Source: Guillardia theta CCMP2712 (taxonomy: Eukaryota; Protista; Cryptophyta). Taken from it: a stretch of 34,370 nucleotides of DNA. A program made the position numbers and the translations under genes. The stretch spans positions 1 through 34,370 of the forward strand of contig NW_005434590.1 of NCBI RefSeq assembly GCF_000315625.1, written 5' to 3'. The notes below the pieces were generated by a model. The model was not told the origin of the DNA. It saw nothing but the letters and a program-made list of their open reading frames with translations, and did no database searches. Shown piece after piece: positions 1 through 10,200 of the stretch; within the stretch, counting starts at the first letter, position 1, and each line of letters begins with the position of its first letter.

Positions 1-60
1 GAGAGGGAGAGGGAGAGGGAGAGGGAGAGGGAGAGGGAGGGGTGAGAGAGGGGGAGGGAG
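1..60. repeat. (GGGAGA)n purine-rich simple repeat inside an HKR intron
   Basis: gagagg tandem units are directly visible at the window start. Confidence 0.85.
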
Positions 61-220
61 AGGGAGAGAGAGGGGGGGGTGAGAGAGGGGGACGGGGACG
101 AGGAGGGGGAGGGGGAGAGTTTGACAAGGATGAAAGGGAACAGTGGAAAGAGAAGCAAGGTAGAGCCAGCCAGCCAGCCGAGGGAGGAGGAGGGAGGAGG
201 AGGAGAGAAGGAGAGAGAAC

Positions 221-2208
221 CTGGGAGAAGGGCTTGAAGAGAAGGTCCTGCTGATCTTGAGGAATCCCTTCCCCATTGTCCCAGACCTCCATGCTCAAGA
301 ACGCGGAGCCATCAGGCGCCTCCTCGAGCAGCTCGATTCTCAGCACCACCTGCCCGCCCTCGTCCTTGGCGAACTTGACGGCGTTGTCGCAGATGTTGAT
401 GAGGCACTGGCGGATACGGAAACTGTCGCCGTAGAGGCAGGGCACGCTCCCCCCCTTGTACTCCGTGCAGAGCTCGATAGCAAAGTCAACCTTGCGGAGG
501 TTGACGCGAGCCGTCAGGATGTCGCACAGCTCGTCGCAGAGGTCGGCGAGGAAGAAGGGCTTCTCCGTAAGCTCGATGCTCGATGGCAGCAGGTCCTGGC
601 GGCTGCTGCCGCTCTCCGACCCGTCCGCCTTCGATTCAAGCCGCGCGTACTCGAGCACCTGGTTGATAATGCCCAACAGGGCCTCGGCTGAGGTGAGGGA
701 GGACTTGACGTACTCGCGGTGGACAGGGTTGAGGTCGTCGGCGTCTAGGAGGAGCGAGTTGAAGGCGACGACCGAGTTGAGGGGCGTGCGGAGCTCGTGG
801 CTGATGTTGGCGACGAATCGACGGGAGAGGCGAGCGGAGGTCTCTGCCTCTACACACGCCATCTGCAGCGCTCGGTTCATCACCTCAGCCCGCAGCACCG
901 TCTTGTCCTTACTGTCCCTCTCCGCCTGCAGCTGCTTGATCCTCAGCGTCGCCACCGTGTCGAGAATGCAGAAGTTGCCAGTCAGGAGCGCGACGGTGTA
1001 CACGGCCTTGGCAACGACGTCCACGAAGGTTCGCATGATCTCGTACTGCACAAGGTCGATGCGGCGAAGGAAGTAGAGCACGTGGACGCAAGGGAAGAGC
1101 GACCATAACATGTAGGTGAACCACTCGATGCCGCGGAGGGAAGCGATCTCGTAGGTAGTCGCCGCGTTGTTGACGCTCGCGTTGGAGATCTGATGGATGC
1201 GGCGGAACACAACCACCATGCAGCATCCAGAGCAAACACAGCAAACCCAGCCGATGATGCTGGAGCCCAACATGGTCTGGACCAGCCCTAGCACAAGCAT
1301 CGTCTCGTCCCACAGGATCGCGTTCACTACCACCCCCCAGTCCTGCACAAGGACGTCCTGCATGGAGGTCCCAAGGCAAGCTAGGATCAGGATCATGATC
1401 GGGGTCGTGTTCATCCACTGTACGTAGAACTGGATCTGAACGGGGTTGCCGTCGAAGTCGAACATGAGGGGGAAGTAGTCCAAGATGGTAGAGACGTACA
1501 CGATGAAGGAGACGAGGTTGATGAAGAGAGCAAAGCTGTTCAGCGGCCGCTTCTTCGCCGACACCTGACACAAGTCACGTCAGAACGAGGAACGAGCGGC
1601 AGGGCGGCACACCTGAAAGATCATCCCCGCTAGATCCATCACGACACAGATCCCAAAGATGAAAGCAGCAAGCACCTGAGGAGGAGGAGGAAGAGAGTCA
1701 AATCCTGGCATGTTACCGAACTCAGGATCACCTTGACGAACTTGGCCTTGTCCATGATGACCTGCTCGTTCCTCGTGCCTGACGCTGACTGCTGCCTGCA
1801 GTACGCCGAGAGCTGCCGAGCACCCGAAAGTACGAGCGCGTACATGAAGCACCAGGCAATGAACAGAACGACCCCCGGGGCCTCGGAGCGGATCATTCCC
1901 AGCGACCATTTCTTGTCGGCGGTGTCTATGCGAAAGCTCCCCTGCCTCGAGCCCTTGTCGGGGGAGTGGATGAAGCTCGACTTGGACGACTTGTTGACAA
2001 ACGACGAGCTCTCGGCCTTAGCGATGGCTGACTCCTTGGTCAGCCGCGCTCTAAGGTTCTGCTCCGAAGCCGTCGATGGCCGGAAGGAAGAGGCAATGGC
2101 GACGTCTTTCTTCTCCCTGCTGGGTTCATGGCTATTCGAAGTAGAGGTATTCTCATCATGGAGAGAAGCCGAGTGGGATGACATGACTACCGACGGGTTT
2201 CCTGGCAT
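221..2208 (-). CDS. Histidine kinase rhodopsin (type-1b 8-TM microbial rhodopsin + HisKA + HATPase_c); 3' part runs off the window start
   Basis: Spliced by hand: exons ~2208..1732, 1675..1613 and 1564..221, separated by GT-AG introns 1731..1676 and 1612..1565; a donor GT follows at 220. Opsin helices: TM3 FYVQWMNTTPIMIL (~1430-1390), TM4 WDETMLVLG, TM6 LWSLFPCVH, TM7 DVVAKAVY (Lys codon 1009-1007). Kinase motifs: H-box FVANISHELRTPLN (His 799-797), N-box LINICDNAVKF, G1 DNGEGI, F-box LFKPFSQ. The true start is uncertain; an upstream exon is likely. Confidence 0.92.
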
Positions 2209-2619
2209 GCACCAGACAGACCGCACAACGTCCTCGTCCTTCTGCTTTCACGCACGCAGGAAAGAGAGTTTGAGCACCCCAGGGTTCGAGGCTCAGGAGT
2301 ATGAAGACATGGTAACGACCTGAGAAGCATGTCAAACATGGCCGACAAGGTAGGACATGTAGCTCTGAGGGAATCAAAACAATTCAACTAGATCATTATC
2401 AGCCCATCACCGCCCCTTCCCCAACAAGATCAGAAGCACCATCACTATTCCTTATCCCTCTGCTCTATCTTCACTGCACCTCCTCCCTCCTCCGCTATCC
2501 TCCCATTCCGTTCTCTCCTCCGCCTCCTCGTCCTCCTCCTCGTCCTCCTCCTCGTCCTCCTCCTGGTGTCGACATGCCATCGCTCTTGTACAGATGAAGA
2601 GAGAAAATTGAACCACCCT

Positions 2620-3720
2620 ACCGTCTACCCCTTTCTCTCACCACCCCAACCCCCTCAGATAGTCCACCCCCGTAATGTGCGACGAAGGTTTCTACCCCCC
2701 TCCCCTTTTATATCTGAGGGATCGACATGCTGGGTGCGGTAGGGAAAAAAACGATCAAAATAGGGGTAGGGTCATTATATATGTGGGGTGATGAAGTCGA
2801 TCGTATGCAATCGACCATCAAATAGGTGGGTCATTGATAGGTTTTTTGATACATAAATGGGGTGGGGGTACGGATTTTGGGTAGGGTGTTGAGATTGACC
2901 CTACAGTACTGGGTACCCGTTTCATTTTCGAGGGGTCGGTGGCGACCCAAGTCCAGGTGCCACATCCCTTGCTATAACCACCCCTCCCCTCAGTACCCAC
3001 CCCTACCCCCTCGTTTACTCCCCTTCCAATACCCTACGTGGTTGGAAATTCCATTCCCCGACAACGGAGATGGAGGGGTACTTAAGGGTAGAAGAGGGGG
3101 TGGGGTGTTAAGACAGTCCACTGACAGCCAAAAAAAATACCGCAACCCTGACCACCCCTCCTTTTCATCTCAAGTACCCCTACCTCCTTGACGTTCGTCC
3201 GCATATCCATTCGGCCGCTTCCTCGGCCCTCATCCCCGTTTGAAATGTGACTAAAACTTCTGGTAGTCTGCGACCCATGCATCCATGCTCGCGTCTGAAA
3301 GTGAGTCTTTTCGGATCTTTGGTAACGTGCACTGACGCCTGGTCCGTGCGCCATCAGAGATAAATTCAACATAAAAACTCTCCCGGATACCACCCTACCA
3401 CCCCCCAATTCATCTGGAGATTTCACCCCACCTGTGTCCCACCCCACGTCCCGTGCACCATCGAATTTGGTACGGAGACAGGGGTTGTCAAAGTAGCGAG
3501 GGATCGTGACTCCAATGCCAAGAACAGGGGTGCATGTAACCCATACTTGCGCCTTACAGAAGGGGTAGGGTAGAGGGTGTAAGGGGGTGGGGTTAGGTCG
3601 CCCGCTCGTGAAGGGGAACTGGTCAGTTGGCGCTTCTGTCTCCTTCGCCCTTTAAAACCCATTGTATAAAGCTTATAATACTTATAGAGCCCATGTCCCA
3701 AAACGTATAATACTTATAGA
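2620..3720. promoter_or_regulatory. GGGGT/ACCCC-rich intergenic block in a divergent upstream region
   Basis: Dense ggggtag/ctacccc/accccac motifs and no credible ORF. It lies between the HKR 5' end and the cyclase 5' end. Confidence 0.4.
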
Positions 3721-3729
3721 GACCGAGAT

Positions 3730-5370
3730 CCCAAGATTCACTTGAACCGACGTCTGCCTGATGAGGTCCGATCTCAGTGACGGGACTCATACCGGACCTG
3801 GGCCTCGGACTCCGACTCGCCGCAGGCCGAAAGCCTGGGCCGGCTCAGCGGCAAGCAGCTGCTGAGCACTGCAGCACAGAGGTGGCCTATAAAGATCATC
3901 AAAGGGCATCATACGGTATGGGCGGCATACTATGCCATGCGGCATATGCTCAGCACGCCCCGGCCCCGCCAAAGCGGCCTTTCTTCCGGGCCCATCATGG
4001 CATCATCGCCAGCCGCCAGGCGGCTGAGCCGCCTGGGCCGGGCGGCTGAGGCCCAGGCGGCTGAGCCGCCTGGGCCGGCGGATGCGTTGCGCTTCTCACT
4101 TCGAGTCCGCCAAGGCTTTCTCAGCCGGGCTGTCACTGGCCAGTCCATGGGTTGCTGGCGGATCCGAGCGCTGAGTCGGCGAACACTGAGCCTCGGAGGG
4201 AAACGGCAGCGCTGGATCATACTATGATGGGTCTCCACTCGTCACGGCGTCGGCCTCCCGGCAGACGCTCCGCCGCCGCCGGGTCGGCTGAGGCCAAGCC
4301 TCGCCGGTCACCGAGTCGGCGTACGGTCACCGTAGTAGTGGGCCGTCACGGTACTACGCCGGGCCGCCGCGGTCCGGATCCCGGTCGGACGTGGCGCGGC
4401 GCGGCCGCCAGTGGGCCTCACCGCCGGCCCGGACGGTCAACTCAGGCCGGGCCCGCCGGGGGCCTCGGCCTGACCCGGTACGGTCGTGTCCTTGCCGCCG
4501 CACTGCAGTGCGGCTGCCGCTGTCACCCGTCACGCGGCCATGATCGCCGATGACGATCATGATGATCATCAGTGGTATGTGATGATCGGCCGGTGGGTCC
4601 GATCACCCGGCCCGGTGTGACAGCCTCCGGCTGAGCCTCCGGCTCGGAGTGTGGCAGGCTTTCGGCGCCGCTCGGCCGCGTCCGGGACACTGACGTAACC
4701 GTGGCAGTGACAAGTTTGAATGCCGCATGATCGGCCGTGGCTTACCGGGACTCCCGGCCCGGAATCAGGGTCCTGCACGCAGTGACTCAGTACTAGCACC
4801 TGGCCCCACCGTGGCAGTACCCGGTGACCGGCGTACCGTGACGGTTAAGTAAGCCAGTGAGTTCCCGGCGGCGGAAGGGCCGCTGTCACGTGTGGTCACG
4901 ACGGTAGCCTACCGCCTGACTCTGAGCCTGGCGCGGCCGCTGAGCGGGATCCGGGACAGCCGGCGGCCGCCGGGGCGCCCGGAATCTGACGGAGCACAAG
5001 TTTGTTAGACTTGTACTGTGCCAAAGTAGCACATGAGAGATAGACAGTGTATGCTAGGATGTGAAACCCAACTGAGCATGGGCCAGGCCCGGCGACATCA
5101 TCGGAGCCTCGGAGGACTCCGGGACCCGGCTTAGCAAGACGGCTCCGAAGCTAGGAAGGCCCCTCAGGCTTCGTCTGTCGAGAGTGCGGTCAGGCAGGCC
5201 CGGCAGCCTGACTCATGACTGAGTCTCACGACGGTACAGGCTGCCCCGGAGGCTACTACTTGAGTGACGGCTTTCAAGCGCTGACGTAAAGAAGACCGTC
5301 CGACACCCGGCCGCCCGGCTGCCAGTGACTCAGTGAAAACGATCCGGTGCGGGCCCGTGCTCGGCGGCAG
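3730..5370. other. Very GC-rich, palindrome-dense non-coding island
   Basis: Many ccgg, ggcc, gtac and gctnagc palindromes and short hairpins. The ORFs here are Arg/Gly/Pro/Ala-rich noise. Confidence 0.55.
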
Positions 5371-5376
5371 GTCGCA

Positions 5377-6580
5377 ATGGCCCTCTTGCTAGGAATGGCC
5401 GTCATGTCGCAGGTGAACAGAAGCAGTTGCTGAAACATGTCATGCTCTCCATTACTACAAGCATCGTCACCATCATGATCTCCTTCGCATCTCCATCATC
5501 ATCATCATCATCATCATCGTCAGCGGCAGCGGCAGCAGCAGCAGCAGCAGCATCTCCATCATCATCCCAACTATCATCTTCTCCATCATCATCATCATCT
5601 CCATCATCATCTCCATCATCATCTCCATCATCATCATTTCTCCATCATCATCTCCATCATCATCTCCATCATCATCATTTGCAGCAGCAGCACCATCGTC
5701 AGCGGCAGCGGCAGCAGCAGCATCTCCATCATCATCCCCACTATCATTGTCTCCATCTTCGTCTCCTTCATTGGAATCATCACCATGCTACACACTTCTC
5801 TGTACACTTGTTTCCTTTGCTTTCTTCTCATCTCTTCGTGTTTTCGCCTCCTCATCGTCTCGTGTAGGTTGTGGGCGGCAGCGCGTTCCTCACATCCACC
5901 TGGTCCCTCCTGCCGTCCTTCGTCCCCCCTGTCCCACGAGTCAGCCAGCTCGGGGAGGCGAGGAAGCAAGAGCTGCGGCGGTCGGCGCTTGGAGGGCGGA
6001 GGAGGGAAGGAGGAGCGACGGAGCTTGTTGGGTTCGACTTCTCCTCGAGCTCCTCTGTGCGGGTCGAGGCTTCTCCTGCTCAAGTCTGGCGCGTGTGGTC
6101 GGATCTGGAGCAGATGCCCAAGTGGCAGGCGTGGATACATTCAGTGCACGTGCAGCCAGACGGGAGCTCTAAGTGGACCCTCAAGAAGTCTGTGCTGGGC
6201 GTGCCTCTCTCCTTCTCCTGGACAGCACAGGAGCTGCCGCGTGAAGAGGGGAGGCTGATCCAGTGGGAGGCGACATCGGGCGTGAAGAACAGAGGGAGGG
6301 TGGAGTTCGAGGAGGAGGAGGAGGGAGGGAGGGAGGGGGTGAGGGTAACGATGACGATCGAGTACTCGCTGCCTTCTGTGATTGTCTTCCTTTTCCGGTC
6401 GACCTGAGATTGCAAGTCGCCCTTGAGCTGATGGCATGGCAGGGAGAGCAAGGACGGGAAGGGAAAGGTGAAGCGAATGATCGAGAGGATGTTGCAGGTG
6501 AATTCCTCCTCCTCTTCCTCCTTCTCATCATCATCATCATCATCATCATCATTATCATCATCATCATCATCATCATCATT

Positions 6581-6613
<33 letters not shown>

Positions 6614-6634
6614 GTCATCATCATCATCATCTCT

Positions 6635-6718
<84 letters not shown>

Positions 6719-6954
6719 TCAATCAACACTACCGCCACCGCCACCACCACCTCCTCCTCCAACAACAGCAACGACAACAACAGCAACAACAACATCAACA
6801 GCAACAACAACGTCAACCGACTCCACTTGTCTGACATGACCATTGACAGACGGATCTGAGACGCTTCAAGCACATTGTGAGAAACTTCCTTTTCCCCTGC
6901 CTTCATCTAACTTCTTGTGCGCAGATGGAAAACCATCCTGAAGAGTTTGATTGA
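5377..6954 (+). CDS. SRPBCC/START-fold polyketide cyclase/dehydrase-like protein, probably plastid-targeted (bipartite presequence)
   Basis: Exons 5377-5412, 5868-6397, 6443-6497, 6850-6876 and 6925-6954, all GT-AG with consistent phase. Protein: MALLLGMAVMSQVVGGSA-FLTS...VEASPAQVWRVWSDLEQMPKWQAWIHSV...FSWTA...IQWEATSGVKNRGRVEF...VTMTIEYSLP...IERMLQTDLRRFKHIMENHPEEFD*. This matches the cyanobacterial/plastid cyclase-dehydrase pattern. Confidence 0.88.
5490..5745. repeat. Compound (ATC)n/(GCA)n microsatellite in intron 1 of the cyclase gene
   Basis: catcatcat, gcagcagca and ctccatcatcat units are directly visible. Confidence 0.9.
6526..6810. repeat. (ATC)n microsatellite (~190 bp) followed by (ACC)n/(AAC)n, intronic
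   Basis: Directly visible inside intron 6498-6849. Confidence 0.95.
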
Positions 6955-6986
6955 TTCAAGACAAACTCCCTTCCTTCACACCTGAA

Positions 6987-7028
6987 CACTCTCCGACTCC
7001 ACACTCTCCGACTCCACACTCTCCGACT
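6987..7028. repeat. 15-bp unit (acactctccgactcc), about 3 copies
   Basis: Directly visible tandem copies. Confidence 0.8.
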
Positions 7029-7275
7029 CTTCATCCGTCCACTCCACCTTCTTCCCCACTCCCGTCCTCTCCCGTCCCTGCTCACTGCTTGTCTCCATCT
7101 CCCCCTCTCTTCCCCTGCCCGGTGCGATCCTCCCTCCTCCTCTTTCCCAGTCAATCTCAAGCAAGCCCTCCTCATTTCACTTCCTTCACTTGATTCTTTT
7201 CACTTCGACGGTCTCAGGTCTGCCTGCCAATCGTCTGCGACTTATGTACACTCGCTTGCCTCCTCCTCTTTCTCC

Positions 7276-10200
7276 CTACGTCCCGACCACGTTCTGAATC
7301 TGCGGCCAGGGTTCAGCAACAACCCACCAGACAAGCCAACAGGGGCAGCAGATAGGTCACCTGTGACAGCAGCGCCTGCACGTCCCCTATGTCCAGCGTT
7401 GCAGTCTCGGCAGCAGGAGCTGGCTCAGCCTTCGTTTCCTCCCTCCCCTGCTGTCCCTCCTGCCTCGTCTGGCTGCTGCTTGGCTCCGCTGCTTTGAGAG
7501 CTCCTTGGCTTTCTCGTTCACTCCCCTCTCCTGCTGTCTGGCCCAGCCCTCCTTGTCCTCCCACTGCCCCAAGCAGCGCCAGCAGATCCTCATGCCCAAC
7601 TTCTCCCTGCGCGTCTCCTCTCCCAGCTCTCTCTGCCTTCAACGAGCCAGCTCCTACATCATAGTCTCCTTGCCCGCCGCCCATCCCCTGCTGCTGCTGC
7701 TGCTGCTGCTGCTGCTTCCCCCCGTACGCGCCTGAGCCGAAGCCTCCCTGGCCTCCCTGGAACGTCCGACGAGGGTCAGAGTAGGAGACAGACGCGGCGA
7801 CGTGCATAGGGGCAGGAGGAGGAGCCTTGGGAGCTGGAGGGAACTTTGATATCATATAGTCTGCATGATATGCTAAGTTAGCTGGGATCGAGCTCGGGAG
7901 GAGGTTTCACCAAGGACGGCACTCTGACGCTCGATGACGCTAGCGTTCGCTGTTCCTGGCTCACAGCCAACAAAACCAGGGATGCGAAGCTAGAGGGAAA
8001 TCAGAGAGCAGGAAACAAGAAAGGATGAGAAGAGAGAAGGGAAGGGGGAAGAGGGGGACGAGGACAAGGGGCAAGAGAGGAGGGAGAGGGAAATGGGCTG
8101 GTGAACCTGTTGCATGACATGCTGCTCGCGGGTGATGAGATCTGCGAGATCTGCGAGGCTTGTGAGAACAGGCGACAACTTCACCACTCTCACCTGCTGC
8201 ATGCTGTTTCATGAACCCCATCTTCGCCTCCTGGTACTCCTGGTCGCAAGGTATCATCCCTCTCGCCCCCCGCACGTCTTGCTCGCAAGCTCAACCTGCT
8301 CGAGCTGCGCGAACTGCTGGTGGTGAGTTTGCATGAGATAGCCCGAGTCAGCCGCCGAGGAATTCTGAAGGTTGAAGCGATGCAGCTCTCCCATCTTCAC
8401 CTGGTTGCCCAATATGTCAGAGCTCCGAGACCTTGAGTCCCGACCGCCTGACCTTGGCGGTTCGATGCTTATGATCGAGATCTGCGATGTTTTGATTGTA
8501 TTCTGCATGCTTCAGCTGTGGTTCAACTGGTTACACGCAGACAGTCGTCGACTTCTTTGACCTTCTTCAGCTCGGCAAAGCCTTCGATGATCTCACGCGT
8601 GGTGGCGATGTTCCAAGTGTTCTGGCGGGCAAGTCATGGAGAGGCATGCCACGTCCTCTTCACCTCGCATTCGTCGATCTGACGCAGCAGGAGGGCATCT
8701 AGCACTGGCTTCTTCACTCGCTTCGACGGATCCTCATGCACTCGCGGCGGCATGGCTACCATCTCCGCCTCCTTTCGGCCTCCCTCCGGCCTGTTAGCCT
8801 TCTTCTCGTGCGCGACGTTCCTCTCAGGTCGATCGTTCCTCTCCCGAACTCTTGCAGGCTCGTTCTTGTCGCTGTAAGGCTTGATGTGGATCGATTGACC
8901 TCCGATGACCGTTCCCTGCACAGGCGAGTGAGTCAGCCTATCTCTTCCCTCCTCCGCCTCCTCCTCGCCCTTCTCCTCCTAAGCCCCTTCTCCTCCTCCC
9001 CCTGTCCTTCCCCGCATCTTTCTCCTCCTTCACCTGCTCCGAATTCATCGCCCTTCGAGCAGAAGCAGGGTCTTTGAACTGTGACAGAGTTACGGGCGGA
9101 TACAAGCTCTGTAAACACCTGTATGAAAGCAAAATTCTTGCGGATGACTACGGGCCCTGCGAGCTGTCCGTGCCTACCACAAGCAGTGAGGGAGAGTCGT
9201 GAGTGACGTGGCAGACCTCGAGAAGACGTCACGGAGCTCTCTCTCGTTGGTCGCTTCGGACGCGAGGTTGCCCACGTAGAGCCTAGAGAGGAGGTGACGT
9301 CACCTCCATGCGCTCTCACATCTCTCGTCACTTGGTGTCGTTGCTCTTGAATTCCACCTTGTCTTGGCTGGAACCTTCTCCTTCGGGCTTTGAATCTCCT
9401 GAGTTCGCTTTCTTCGGGATCTTTATCTCCCCGTCCGCATAAACCTGTCGCGATCCTCACGCTCCAGTAAAACACAACCAGGTAAACCTTCTTCTTCGGA
9501 GCTGGAGGAGGCGGAGCTTTCGCCTTCTCTTGCGCTCGCTCTCTTTCCGACGCTCTGTCATCAGTCGAACTCCGGGCAGAGGCAGGGAGGGAAGGAGGTG
9601 GAGCAGGAGCCCTGCGACGCGAGTGTCAAACTTGCGCCAGTCACTTCAGTCGTGCTAGTGGTTCTCACTTGCTCGATTCATTGGGTGTTTTCTTGCCGAA
9701 ATCTTTGAGCCTCTTGCAGGCGTTGCAGTACCTGGCGCCCGTCACACGGCAAACGACAAGCAGCCACGAGGCCTACCAGGGGTCAGGCAACTTGGATGGG
9801 TCGGCCACTCCGATGCAAGCAGCATGATAGGCTGCCGGGCAGCCATCGCAACAGAGAAGATCTCCAGCGTCTCCACAGCTGTTGGTTACGTTGTAACGTG
9901 CAACACCCAGTGAGCTGACACCCCCAGTAGGCAGAAGCCAACGACTCACTCATCGCAGTAGTCGTGGTTGCGAGCCTCGTCCTCGGAGCTCTCCTGTGAC
10001 TCCTCCTTTGCAGTGTCGATGATCGGCTTCTTGGGCTGAGACAAGGCGAGTGAACCAGCGGCAAGGCGAGGTATGAGATGAACGGTCACGGGTTCAAGAG
10101 GCTTACCATGCTCTTTTTCAGCTCCTTGTCTTTGCTCTTCTTTTCCGCTGCTTTCTCAGTCTTGCTATCCGAAGTTTCCTCCTGCTTCTCTTTCTTTGGT

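Noticed and set aside
257-1427. Plus-strand ORFs 257..691, 456..1076, 797..1108, 1197..1427 and minus ORF 909..1571
   Set aside because: Antisense or off-frame shadows of the GC3-rich HKR exon; the real frame carries the opsin and kinase motifs.
221-1564. Channelrhodopsin or ion-pump call for the opsin
   Set aside because: It lacks the D85/D96 carboxylates and R82, and is fused in-frame to a histidine kinase within one exon.
3777-4799. Arg/Gly/Pro/Ala-rich ORFs in the GC island (likewise 12812-13959)
   Set aside because: Stop-poor because of extreme GC content; no domain motifs or consistent splice structure.
2620-5370. Transposon/LTR interpretation of the intergenic blocks
   Set aside because: No transposase or RT ORF, terminal repeats or target-site duplications seen; the copies do not visibly align.
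6181-6906. Poly-Met/poly-Ile/poly-Ser ORFs
   Set aside because: Translations of an intronic (ATC)n microsatellite.
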